DNA of 52,121 bases, filler included, from Raja brachyura (GCA_963514005.1; 3 parts of 3 records of this genome joined end to end with filler, not necessarily neighbours in it), one strand, 5' to 3'; positions 11,944-27,894 are shown, numbered from the whole stretch's first letter. Numbers and translations: made by a program. Notes: generated by a model from the letters alone, not told the origin.

Positions 11944-14900
11944 CGGCCTTGGACTTAGCCATTTCTAAAAGGCCTATAGTGCTCTTTCAAATACCAGGGT
12001 GTTTTGCCCAGGTCATTACCTTTGTGGATGGGAGAAGTAGCCAAAATGCCTGGGTTCTATACAGCCCATATAGTCTATAGAGACTATTCGATAACCGTCT
12101 TTAAACATTTGTAAATATAACTTCGAGTGAAAAAACCAATGGATTTATAAATATCTGTTTGATGCTCAGAGAAAAAAACAAATGGGGACCATACCGACTA
12201 ATATTTAACAACATCCGTGATCGGATAATTTGCTTTTAGGAATTTAAAATTAATTTAAACTTTCAAAAAAGTTGCACAAAGCGCTGCATTGTTTCACTAA
12301 TACATCTGCATTTAATTTCAAATCCTCTTATTTGTGCTCCCATCCCTATGCTAAGTGTTCCAAATTTCATCCTCAACATTTTATTTGAGAATGCCATCCT
12401 TCTTAAAGAAACCTATTTTAGGCAAACATCGCTTTTAATCTATAACATTCAGTTTTTAAATTGTGACACGTAGACCTTTTATTCGTCAAATTCACCGATC
12501 GAGTGTTCCCAATCGATTCTATTGCCGTTTAGGAATATTTTTCAATTTCTTACAAACTATTCTAGTAACAAGTGTCAACATTGCAAAACGAAATTATTCG
12601 TTTGAAATAAGTTTCCGATCATTTTTTAAAGGGGTTATAAAGGCCAATTTGTGCATGATGAATTTCCTTCTCTTTATTTCTATTTGTTGCACTATAGCAT
12701 GCCGTTCTCCCCGTTCACCAAAACATGCGACCTCTCTATACGTTTGTCACTTACTCTATCAGCAGCTTTATTCCTATGTGTCCATACATACATAAAGTGA
12801 GTGTATGTTGAAATCTGTATTGTAAATGTATATTATGTGTTTTAAGAGGAATGCGATCGGGTTATGTGGGGGAAGAAGAAGGTTATATGGATTCCGAGTA
12901 AAGATGGCTTCTTTACCTACTGAATAATGCATCTATTTTCGTACCGCATATGAAATCGTTCGTCTTTTTGCAAACTCTCGGTATACGGGTTATGCATTTG
13001 GCCTGCTCGAAACGAGCATTATTTTCGTTTATCTCTGTAATTTCTGTAATTTCTTTAAACTAACCCATTACCTGTGTGCCAATGATTTTCGAATGCACGC
13101 AATCTCTAGTTTCAAGGTAGAACTGTAACGTTGTTTTGCGAAATACATTGTATCCAGTTGCTTGTAACTTGCTACCGCGAAAATCCAAAGATCTAACAAA
13201 CATATCTGTGAAAGCTTTAAGGTTTCTAACGATCTTTATATAAAATGGACTTGATCTTTATGTTTAATATGACCAAACGGCAATAGTGCAACTAACTGTG
13301 ACCAGATATTCGGTATATCTAAATTTAATGCCCTAGACAACATTTGTCCTTCTCTGATTCAATTCTTTACTTTGAGCACTGCAAGCACAGTCAATATTAA
13401 TCTGCAACACATTTTTAGCATTAGCCATGAATCTATAATGGTTCCAGTGCTGACTCATGTGTAAATCATTGTTATTATATATTTAAACGGTAAAGAAAAC
13501 AAGAGAGAGTCCTCGTCATATACTTGTTCAAATAAATAAAAGCATTCAATGATGTAAATAAGAATTAAACAGCATTATATGTGTCGTTTTGTTTTTAAAG
13601 GCTACACTTCTAACCAAGTGAGCAAAACAGAAATAAATGAAGTATTGCATAGGCCACATCCCTATATAATTTTATGATTTAAACTAGATGTCATTTCGAA
13701 CATATGTACCTGTAAAGTCTTCATTAATTCTAAATTAGCAGCAGTTGTTCTACATTTCTTTTTTTGCAAGAAGGTTTCTCTGAATCTAAATCTAATTGAT
13801 GTCAATCTTTGCCTTGGGGTGGATTGTGTACGCTGCTGTATAGTGGAATTCGACAGGCAGACTGCATCTTAACCGCTAAAATGTTTTTCAGGCAGAAAAA
13901 TTAGAATCTAAATAAAACAATTGTATTTTTTTCGACAAAAGTCGTTTGGTTTTTGTACAGTTACTGAAGATTTACCTGATACATTAACACAGCAGATAGA
14001 AAAAATACCGTAGTCGATTATTCAATATGAAATACAATGTGTCTCGATCATGAAAAGAACATTTTTTTTCTTTCCTTTCGTCAGTAATTGAGGTCGTTCA
14101 GTCGCTAGGGTTCACCTGGAGTCCATAGCATGATACACGGGTAACTCAAAGCAATTTTATCTTTTGTGCTGATAGTCAAGATCGTGCTATAACATTGACA
14201 TCAAACTCTGTCTGAGCAGATGATTGCAAGTCGTGCAAAACGTAAACTTTTGACCCTCAACTTTTTGACCTATAGTTGTACCGCCCTGCCAACCACCGTA
14301 CAGGGAGCCTTTTTCAAGGCACCATTGGGGACTAAATAATATCCCTTTTCGTTCACTATTTTCATGATGTACGGCTAATTTCAAGTTTGGGACGGCTAAA
14401 AGAACCCACCCCTCCCCCTCTGCCCTTCACCCAACCCTCTTCCCACCCTGCTCCCCCATAAGTGAAGCGCTCCTTTAATCTCAAAAATGGCATGAACCTC
14501 AACAGTCTGCAAGCTGTTCATTCAAGTGCTCCTTTATTTTGTTGGATGTTCCAAACTGGGTAAGTTTTTTTATTGCAGCGACCAGCCGATGTAATTATAG
14601 ATAGCACAGCGAAAAAAACAAATCAATTTAGCGTGAGTTTACTTTAGCATTTTCGTTTTTTCCCTGTTACAGAGATAGAACAATGGATACGTGAGCTCTC
14701 AGCCCATGCTAAAACTGACTGTGAACTTGGTCTAAAGCGAGCTCTGCTGGTGAGTCGCAGAGTGTGCAGATGCAATTTCCTTCAATTCCTTCTTTTTCCT
14801 TTCTGAAAACATATTCTCTGTGATTTAAGGAACGAAAATCCCCCACACCATCAAAACATTTCCAATCCAAATTGTATATTGTAGCAAAAGAGGTGCGCAT

Positions 14901-17900
14901 TTTTATGTCCCTTGGCAAGACTGAGGTTCGTTCGTTCTGAAGATTAAAAAAAATACACTACGAATTATCTTAACTTCAACTACAGTGATTAAATATCAAA
15001 AGGAAGAGGAGAAATAATAAACGTTGTTAATTTTTTTTTCTGTGATTCTAAACTGTCTCCAAAAGATTATTTCAATTTACCCTTTCCTGCCTCCGCGCGA
15101 TAACAAATCCAAACACATAAACACAAGTAATTCAAATTGCTATTTCTATCGTTGGGCAACGATATCTTATTTAGAGAAGGTGTGCATGAGAATTAATTTG
15201 TACTCTCCCATACATACAATACCCCCCCCCCCCTCCCCCACCCCCCACCACACACACGTAATTTTATTTTATGAAGGCCAAAACTCTGGTAATAAAATAA
15301 AAGACAATACCGGTTTATTTAGTGAGTCCACCTATGTTTCCCCCCTTTCCCACTGCAGCAGGATACAATGAAATGCTCGCAATTCTTCAGGCTGTTATTA
15401 TATCTACTATACCAGCGAACACAGCAGTTATTAATGAAACCATTTCAGGGGCACTTAACAAGGTCTATATTTCTGCAAGGTCATACTGCAGTCAAAACTT
15501 TACGGGTGAAAACATCATGGCAGCGTTTTGAATAACAATCTACTTCTTAAGATCACTATTTGTCTCGACTGAAATACAGTTAATACCACGAACATTCGTA
15601 TCAAGGGAGTTCATACAAATAAAGCAATAAAATTTGAATACGACTCAAGCCCTGAGAGCATATGTGTGTTACTTTCTGTTAATATCCTTCATTTTAAGAA
15701 TTTAGATATTTCATCCAACTATATCGTTAAAAGTCAAACAGGTAATCTAAATACTACTGGAGAAGGAAATTAGTCGACTTGCTGGGTAATCTGACATTAT
15801 GTGTTAGGTTAACACGTGGATAATATTCTCACACCTACATTTATATGTATTTATCCTTTGGGTAAGCTGTGTGGTAACGCATAATGTTCATAAACATGAA
15901 TATTACCACTTACTCCAGGTTATTTTGTGCTGTAATGAATGGCAAATCAATTATCGTACTTTACTCATAAATATGAAATCTCAATACTGCTAGACGCTCT
16001 TTCCACCCCCCAACAACCAGAAATCCACTGAAGGGGGGCCCCAGAAGTGTGTCGCATATTATAAAGCTGCATTCGTTTCATACATAACATTTAAATTGCA
16101 CCATTAAATTGCCTGTACCTTGCTCTAGATTTGTGAAAGAATCTCATGTATACAGTTTAGGGAAACTTCTATTCTATCCACAGAAAAACTAGCATACATT
16201 GCAATTGAAGAACGTGGTGCCCTTTCGATGCCCTTAGCACAGACGAAACGTAAGCACGTAGCATTCCAGATTTTATGGCGTCCATCTCTTTAGCACATAC
16301 AACCTTTCATTTGTTTTACATTTATATTTTTACCGCGATAAGAGAATTGTTGCCTGAGCGGTGCAGAGGCTGCTTTTAATTTTAACCTTCTATTAATGAG
16401 ATGGCGTCTTAAAGGGTAAATATATGATGCGTTAAAGCTCTGAATTAAGTTCCTCAAATGAAACTTAACCAATAGATTATTTAAGAAGCTAAAATATTTT
16501 TGCAGTTATATCCGATTTAGACATTGCAAAGCAGCAGGGAAATTTGATTCACTATAATTTCAGATTAGATATTCTGTTCTGACGGAAATTTAATTTATTG
16601 ATAATTTATGTTTGACTCACTGAACAGATTGCCTTTGTACTACGTGTTATGTCTTTGGCCAACGGTCTTCTTGAAGAACAACTTCGTAAAAGACGCCCCA
16701 ATAATGAACCCGTGTTACTAAAAAAATATCGTTCACGTAAAATGGCAGCCTCAAACCATAGAAAGAAATCATCTGAAAGGCAAACACACACAATTCTCCT
16801 CAGAAATTAGTTAACCCCCCCCCCCCCTCACTCTCTCTCTCTCTATCTCTACTCTCTCTCTCTCGCTCTNNNNNNNNNNNNNNNNNNNNNNNNNNNNNNN
16901 NNNNNNNNNNNNNNNNNNNNNNNNNNNNNNNNNNNNNNNNNNNNNNNNNNNNNNNNNNNNNNNNNNNNNNNNNNNNNNNNNNNNNNNNNNNNNNNNNNNN
17001 NNNNNNNNNNNNNNNNNNNNNNNNNNNNNNNNNNNNNNNNNNNNNNNNNNNNNNNNNNNNNNNNNNNNNNNNNNNNNNNNNNNNNNNNNNNNNNNNNNNN
17101 NGTACATACCCACAGTTTAGTGAAGATGGAAGGAAGGCTGTGGAGGAAAGCTACCTTCTTGATGCTACCTCTTTTAGGAAAGAGCCATAAACCATTCTGT
17201 ACGATTGGTCCCCACAGAATATCTGCATTGCACAACTGTGAGCGGTTACCAATTTGGGTAGCATAAATATAATCTTTTAGCCCTACATTATGCCCCTCCA
17301 GCTTGTTTGCCCAGTTTGGAGACTCTGTTTTTTTAATGAAATGTTTTCTTAAGTTCCGCATATGATATCAAATGCACAAACCTTTGGGTATTGTTTGAAA
17401 CGAAATAATATATTATCACTGATGTTTAGGAATTAGTTCAAGTAAATCAGTAATAACTATTATAAGTAACAAGTAATCTTGGTCTAAATGCCACTCTAGC
17501 AGCGAGTGAAACTAAACATCGTTTCGTCTTGTTATAAGAGGAATTTAAGTGATCCGGACAGATGATATATTAAACTGTCATATTTAAATGTAAACTAATA
17601 CAAAGGAAATTACAACAGATTGACGCGAATGACATGGCCGATCCGGAACTGCTGTACTGATACAGGGGCCGATTTCCTTTATTTACTGTTGGATTTTTAT
17701 AGCACATCGTAAAACGGACCTCATTACAGTGGAATGTTTTGAGTGGAAGTTTTGGAGGGTAATTGCTTTCAACCTCTTTAATCGCGTAGCCGCCTACCAA
17801 CTCCACTTCATACACTATAGACAGCCTTAGACGTTTTAAGTGAAATTTGAATATCCATAGAAGGTAATAAATTGTGTTCTCAATTGGGGAAACAATTTTC

Positions 17901-19059
17901 GTAGTTCAGAAATAGTCTCTTCAAGAAGTATTAGATTATACTTGGAAGTCTCCTACGCACTAGACTAGCGGAAGCTTCAAAGAATGAAAAATCGGTCATA
18001 AAGTTTATGGTTCGTCAGCCACTACTGTGGGAAACCCGCAATTCACCAACAACAATGTTGGTCTCACAATAGTTACAGTTAAAGTTGCAGCAGTCCTTCC
18101 ATTGGCTGTATTTCACTATTTTAAACAATTCATGTGTTACATTCGCACACATGCATCATGTTAGGTCGTAAATAAGTTTCCCCCCCAAATTACACCTTTA
18201 GTTATATTACATTCTCTAATTCATCAAAGGAATGATGATTGTCGTCATAAAAGTTCAATTTCGTGGAGGGGGTTGGGGAAGAGAATGGTTTGCCTGAATG
18301 TGTGAAAGAATCATGTAATACACTTTGTGTACCTTAATCAGATCGTGTCTGCCGACTGAGTTTATATTGGAACACTTCAAGCAACACATATCCTACTCAT
18401 TAAAGTATCAGTGCCCCGTAACTTCCCAAATTGCAGGACAATTAATACATTTGAAACATAAACTTAGTAATAGCACCAATAGGAGACTTGTCACAACAGC
18501 AGGATAACACTTCCCTCAAGCAAATCACAGATAAGAAAATAAAATAGCACATCTGAACTTTCGGGATAGAAATAGGAATATTCTGTCCACAGTATTGAGG
18601 TACTAAACAACACCAATAGCTTCTGGTAAGAAATAATCGTGTCTTTCAAAAACCTATGACACACATTTTTATTAAACGCCTCTCTCAAAATTATTTCCTT
18701 GCCTAATCAGTTTTTTTTATTTCCTACCCAGTTTTTAAAGTCGAAACTTAATTTGAACGCAGAAAGAAACGAATCGGTAGTTTACCCAGACTCATTTCTG
18801 CCTCAATGCACTCTGGGTGCTACTTAAGGCCTGTTTTACTGGGCCAAATTTCTTTGCGAACTCTAACGATAATATTTCAACAAAAATTACCTTGTGTTGC
18901 AAGAAAATACAACTTTCCTGTACACTGGAGTGGTGGAGCTGTGGATAGTCCTCTGAACAAGAAGATTAGCCATTTGAGTGGCTTGTCTGCACACGCAATC
19001 TGCAAAGGAGCCAAATGAAGTCCAGCGTCAGTGAGATTATATGTTATGTAGAATATACT

Positions 19060-19260
19060 GTTGGTTGTCAACTCCCCAAAACCATAAAACTTACTTTAAT
19101 GACACCACGTGATTTTTTATAGCCAGTGAGGCTATCAGTCTGTGCTATGGATGATTTTACGATCTAATTCATAGACAAAACCCTATTCATTTGGCACCCA
19201 AATGTCATATAGCCGGAACTGAGGTGTATAAAAGTTTACTGTTTATAACTTTAAAGGACA
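19060..19260. promoter_or_regulatory. Candidate conserved enhancer 3' of HoxA5 (Cdx/Hox-Pbx/E-box motif cluster)
   Basis: CCATAAAA, CACGTG, TTTTATAG, TGGATGATTTTAC and TATAAAAGTTTACTGTTTATA fall within 200 bp, about 1.5 kb past the HoxA5 stop codon. Confidence 0.5.
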
Positions 19261-20017
19261 AGCACTCACTCAGCAGAAAGGGTGAAAGTGCTGATCTCCT
19301 TGCTGTCAGGAGCTAAGTGGTGACTTTTCTGCCCTGCTTTGTCGCGGTAAGTAAAGTTAACTCTGTAAAGTGAAAATACCTGTTGGAAAAGGTTTACGCT
19401 ACACTTTAGCAGGGAGTTGAGAGATCGTGACTATCGCCTACCTTCGGGACAAAGTGTTTGAAATGCTTCAGGGTACAATTTTTCCTCAGACCCACACTAT
19501 ACAGTTTCAGAGAAATCAGGTCTATCAAAAGGGTTTGTTCAAATGCAAGAACAGTAAGAGCAGCAACAAAGAAATTGGCGTTGAGCAGTACAGTTGAGAA
19601 AACGGTGCGCAAATATCAGTGCGCAAGAAATGGGATTCAAGGGGCGGACGTATTCACTTCGAAATGCGTAAAAAAACACCATACTACAATTTAGCACCAT
19701 GTGTAAATATTAAGTGTGCTAATTTCTACCGAATTCCGCCATTTGCACTAATAAGAACATTCGAAATGCATTGCTTAAAGACCCGCCTTTATAAGTTTGC
19801 GCAACTTCAATACCTACGCTAAACCAATCTGCAGACTTTTCATCCAGATAAATGGGGCAAAGTTATAAAAAATAGGTCAAGCATGTACTTTTCTTAGGAG
19901 GTTTGGACAAAAACTATGTTAAACGTAATTAGTAGAAATATTTTAATGCACAAGACAACAAACGCAAGATAAATACTTATTTGGGAGGCTAAAGAGCAGG
20001 AAAGTTACTATAGAAAC

Positions 20018-20023
20018 TTTATT
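20018..20023 (-). terminator. Probable HoxA5 polyadenylation signal AATAAA
   Basis: Minus-strand AATAAA about 680 nt after the stop codon, preceded by U-rich GCTTTTGTATTTGTTTTT. Confidence 0.55.
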
Positions 20024-20697
20024 TTAACTTCCAGTCAGTTTTAAAAACAAATACAAAAGCTCATCACTAATTTCTTAAACTGCCAGTCTTTTAGGCTTTA
20101 TAGTTATCCTTTGTCACAAAAAACATACACCGACGCTGCGCTAAGAGCCACTTATTGGAATTCGTGCAAAGTCATACAAAGGCACAGCATAGACATACAG
20201 TTCAAAGTCGCAATACCCTTCACAAAATTCACTGCTCACTAATAACACAGAATAGGTAGCATTTCAGTGATTTAACACCACGATATCCAATACAGAGGAC
20301 GATGGTCTGAAATTAAATACGTATTGCAAGCTTGGAGCTATTTTGACATTTAGCAACACTAATACATACATACACTTTTTTTTGCAGAGTGCAACACATA
20401 ATTACATTTTACTGGACGATTTTATACAGTTACTTCAAGTAATACCGCTTGTATTAATATAAATAAGTTAAACAGCTATAATTCACAAGGCTATCCTATT
20501 CCTAGACAATATACTGTAAGCAATGACTTGTACAGGCAACAGTACGACCAGAAAGCAGACTAACGATGCAAAGATTGGAATACGGCAACATGGAAATGCT
20601 TTTCTTCATAGAAGTAACACGGGAAAAAGAGTTTTGGAAGTCAGTACTGTATTGACATTATGCTAATTGGTCAGCTACTGCCCAGTGCTTCTATTGA

Positions 20698-21980
<1,283 letters not shown>

Positions 21981-22300
21981 TTGATTTTTTTATTTATTTA
22001 TTTTTTACTTGATTTGTGGCTCTTGGTCGTTTGTGCGTCNNNNNNNNNNNNNNNNNNNNNNNNNNNNNNNNNNNNNNNNNNNNNNNNNNNNNNNNNNNNN
22101 NNNNNNNNNNNNNNNNNNNNNNNNNNNNNNNNNNNNNNNNNNNNNNNNNNNNNNNNNNNNNNNNNNNNNNNNNNNNNNNCTCTAGAGGTAAATCCATGCA
22201 CTGTGGCTACAAATTGGAAGGTTGCGAGGAAGAAAGGAAGAAGGGAACGCGCACGGGGGCGCGCCGGCTGCTCCCAGCACTGGCTTTGGGTTGTCCTTGC

Positions 22301-22320
22301 GCGCCACCCTCTGGAGACTG
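22301..22320 (-). promoter_or_regulatory. CTCF site between HoxA5 and HoxA6 (C5|6 boundary homologue)
   Basis: Minus-strand CAGTCTCCAGAGGGTGGCGC fits the CTCF core and lies about 320 bp upstream of the HoxA5 ATG in a local GC-rich island. Confidence 0.75.
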
Positions 22321-23993
22321 AGGCTATGTGACTGTGGTTCTGATGAACGGGAAATCGGCCTCGGGTCGAATTAAGGCTACCACACATTTCAAACTTAACC
22401 GTTACATTTCGTAGAATAAATCACATAAACCAATGAGAAGAGCATCTTTCAAAGAAAGATCCACGCCGCACATCAGTACATTTGTTTAATCCACGAGAGC
22501 TGTTTTTTATATAGAAAAAAAAGCTAGCGCTGATGATGATAGAGACAGGACTCGACGTTTTCTTGTAGCTGGTTTGTTTTAAAATTTTAAAAATTAGGTT
22601 TAATTTTAGATGTGCATTTTGCGATGTTCGTACCCTTCGGCTGTCATCGCTGATTAGTTCAGGGGGGAAACGGTATTGTGCAGCATCAAAATGCTAATTC
22701 TTTTCCTCTCTTAGGTTGCTTAATTTTTTTTATTTTGTCTGCATGGCTCATAATCTTAGAGTTCTTCGTGCATCTGCGGAAATTTCGAAGCCACCCCGCA
22801 CTTAAATTCTCAAACCAACCTTCGTTTTCTTAAAACGCATGTCACGTATGCTGAAAATGCGTTTAAATCTTTCCAGTTTACTATATTACTTAATGCATCC
22901 TAAACCAGAACCCCTTTTCAACTGGTAAATAAACGTTGTTTTCAGTCCAATTTAGGTGGAAATAATGTTTTTTAGCAGCATTCTGTGTTGGTTCGATTAG
23001 CAAATGCTGTATATTATCTAACAAAAGGCAGCGCACTTTACAAATAGACCTGCCTAATCAAAACATAAGCTTTGTGTCTGATACTATGTCTAGATTCTCT
23101 GTAATAAATATTATGAAGAATGTTTTATAATTTAATCGCGGCCCTAGCTACGTCTTTATTTGTGCATTTAGTGAAAACTGCTCTTTTTAATGGACCCAGA
23201 AACCAAATAGTCATTCCTACCACGTATACAGTCCATTTTTTTAACCTGAAACAAGGACATCAACCGATCAATTTCACAGTGCTAAGTTTCCTTTCACAGC
23301 TTATTTAATACAAAAGTTTTCGGCAGCTTATGTTAAAGGCTAAGCTCAAAAATCGGGCATCTTATTTTCCTTATATATTAATGTATATCTTAATATATAT
23401 TTAAGACATTTTATCTTCAAATCTTCAATTTAAAGCGAAAGCGTTACCAACCTAGCTTGGTTTATCCTACCAATGTCAAGATAAAAGCATATATAATTGT
23501 TTTCTTTGTTGGGGAAAGAATGGCTCGACCCAACTGAATACTGTGCCCTCTTAATTGGCCAAGTATAACAGAACATGAAAGCAAATTATGGACATATACA
23601 ATGCAATATGTATCATTAGCAAATAGGCATATCTACAACATTCATTTATTTTAAGACTGTCAAATTATATCTACGGAGCAAACTATCCATTGAAACAACT
23701 GGATCATTATCTGTGGAGCAACCCATCACATAGTAACGACTAGAGAAGCAGAAACATTCACACTTCGCATTTATAAAACAATTAATCCTACACCGTATAA
23801 TTATTGTATCCTATGGAATGCGAATTATTTGAACACTTCCTCTACCAATTATACATAGACACAAGCTCAAGGGGAGGAACAACGAAAACAAACAGATATA
23901 CGATTTTTTTTCTGAACTGTTTAGCAGAATGAGCATGTAATAACTCACTACCAAACAGAAAGGCCCAGGATAACTTCCTTTGAATTTGCGCTC

Positions 23994-24884
<891 letters not shown>

Positions 24885-27466
24885 TTGCTCCACACTCTGT
24901 AGTAATATGATTTGTTATGTATTAGTACACAATGTGGTTTAGCTATTAGTAGTCATCGAGGTGGTTTGTTTCAGGATGGCCGAGCGCCAAAGCGACAGCA
25001 GCAAATATAACCAGCTGATCAGTGTCTAGCCAATAGAAAACGACTTTAGTTCAAAAAACTCCCTGGAGATCCGACGACTGAGCTAGCAAAGTTACAAACA
25101 ACCAAATCAGTTCTGAACTATAACAGAGGTGGTTCTAATAGAATATTAGTGGCCCAATGAGAACCCTATTAGGTTACAGGATATAACTATGCATACATAT
25201 TTCATATAGCCTAACACATGGAAATATGACTCTGCATTACGTATTCGACAATAGCAGGATCACCAGTGATTAGAAGACAGATGATAGAAAATAAGAAATA
25301 GAGTAACAAATTATCATTTCAGCAGATCTGTTTTATATGAAGATGCACATGGTTAAATCACAGTTGTAAGATTAGATAATTCTTTTCATGTATTTCTTCA
25401 TTTGAATTTTTCTTTATAAAGCACAATATCCCTTCATGGTAGCTTGTGAGACTACTTGGGAAACATCAGAAATCAGCCACGGAATATTGTTTCTATAACT
25501 ATTTTAAATACGGTAAAGAACAACAGCGTCTACAAGTCCCGAGATGCTCACCACCAATAGTCTGATTTGTGCGTTTAGAAAATTCACCCTGGTAAAAAAT
25601 AAGGAAAGAACATAGCAACAAGAGTATGTATTCAGGAAGATGATTTATAGATTTAATTTTGATATTCCTGTAAAGAAAATCCCAACAGAAGAGCACAACG
25701 CCATATCTCAGCTTTGAAAGATTTCACAGTAATTGTGTGTGGGAGTGATTGTTATTGCATCAGCGCTCTTCATTAAAGCGTGCATGCATCTACATGTGCA
25801 TTTGGTATATAAACACTACAGTACTTCTGGGGGAAAGTATTTAACAAAACGTTCACGGAGATTATTCAAACGTCCAACCGACCTGCAAACATACAAAAGC
25901 TGGGTTTTATAGTTGATATGTCTGCATATGGCCTCCTTTCCATCAGAATGTAATTTTAATTGCACGCGATTGAAATTTGCTAATACTCCCCAAATCCCAA
26001 CTTCGATTTTCCATAATTGCACGCTGTTAAGGTTTTATCGACCATAAAATAGTGGAGTGTTTCTTTTGCAATAATTAGGCATTTTTGAACATCTCGATGG
26101 AGTCATTTGTGTTTTGGAATAACAGAGCACTTACTGCGCCTTGAGCGCGGCATCAGATCGCAGTGAAAGGACGGAAACCAAGGGCTCCTTACTAAACATC
26201 TCGTTAGATTCCTGTTCTTGACAACAATAGTAACATAGAGATCGAAACATCTGAGTTGGTGTAAACAGTACCTATATACAAAGTATGGGTTCATATATTG
26301 TAAATAAGGATAATGTAAGTGTTGTGGTAAATACAGTTGCAGTCCCTGTAACCGAACAAGAAACAAAGCAAATTTAGGACAATGATTGCAAGTTACGGCG
26401 AGTCATAAACGCGGTTGTTTAGTAGTCGGACAATTTTGAATCTTTAAGTCATAAAAATAAATCTTTTAGCGAAGGATGTTATTACATTTACTGCAAGTTG
26501 CTAAAATACCTCGAATAATTAATGTTCAGCCCTGAAAGCTTATATGTGCCTGTTTTCCCTTAAATATAGACCGGCTAAAAATGGAATGCCTACCGAAATC
26601 AAAATCTGTAGCTGTTGGAGGTGTGAGTATAAATGCAACACGAGTGTGGAGGGAAATGTGCAAGACCACGCTAGTTCGAATCCTCTAAATGAAAGGCCGA
26701 CGCTTGCCGCTTTCCTCAGTTACTGCTGTAGTATCGTACCTTGTGTTGTAATTCTTCATGTGCCTGCTCTTGCAAATGTACATACGATTTTAATAAATTT
26801 GAAATTAACTCGTCCACGTTTGATCTTTTCTGTTTATGATTTGTTGTAGATATGATTTTAAGCTTTTGTTAATTCGTGCTTCAAGCATCAGTGCAGGATT
26901 TCGAAGCACCCCTTCCAACCCCCACCCCCCCCCCCCCCCCCCCCCAACTCCTCCCATCCCACAACTCTCATTGTACACTTAAATGGGATTTTTTTACATG
27001 TTGGCAAAGGATAAAAGGGTAAAATGTAATCTATGCCTATTATTTTCTATTGGGTAATATAGTTAATAACCACTTCACAATTGCTGCTGGACTATTTCTT
27101 AGGAGACTGGATAAAACCAGGCAACATAATGAGAGTATGAACACAGAATGGGGTAAATCTCAACTGAAAAACTCAGAACATGTATTAAACAGTAACAATC
27201 TATGTTTGTCTTGTGGACGAACACAATGTAAATCAATGTGCATACTGTACTGCACTTTTCGATTATTTGTTTTTTAATTTGCCTGCATCATCTGGAAAAT
27301 ACAGCCCCTCTTATTTTTTCTTGTATTGTAACTTACAAATAGATGGTAATTGGACTGGGAAAGGTTAAAATATTATGATTCTGATTTATTCTCCCCTTTG
27401 AAGTATTAGCACTTTTTTTTGCAAACAGCAAAACCTTCCCAATAATAACATTAAATAACATTCTGC

Positions 27467-27566
27467 NNNNNNNNNNNNNNNNNNNNNNNNNNNNNNNNNN
27501 NNNNNNNNNNTTAATTAATTAANNNNNNNNNNNNNNNNNNNNNNNNNNNNNNNNNNNNNNNNNNNN
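27467..27566. other. Artificial scaffold linker (44N-TTAATTAATTAA-44N)
   Basis: Exactly 100 bp with a palindromic six-frame-stop core; an identical copy lies at 45892-45991. Confidence 0.95.
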
Positions 27567-27894
27567 TGACAATTAAAATTGAATCTGAATCTGAATCTGA
27601 ACCGGAATGGAAGCCAATGACAGCCCTTGCATAGAATCACGTTCCATATTTATCCATCCTGGGCATTTGGTCTCTTCTAAATCGTTTGTCCAAAACTTCA
27701 GATAACGAGCCTTAACTGCCCAATATTAAAATCTATGGTTCGGCAGTGCCAAACCACCGGGTTTTTTTTAAATTTCTGTAAGTATTTTTTACTTCGTCTG
27801 CGATTTTTATTCTGCCATATATATGAATACATTTTGGAGTCAATAATATCAAAGAAAGATTTAGCAATAAAAATTGGTATCGTCTGAAATAACG

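Noticed and set aside
9200-20000. miR-10 between Hox4 and Hox5
   Set aside because: By eye I found no match to the mature TACCCTGTAGA.CCGAATTTG on either strand; a weak look-alike near 16115-16135 lacks the seed and a hairpin. Absence is the usual HoxA state. The N gap at 16870-17101 could not be checked.
26126-26150. Possible HoxA6|7 CTCF site (CTGCGCCTTGAGCGCGGCA)
   Set aside because: GC-rich and plausibly placed, but a poor fit to the core motif; it needs a PWM scan.
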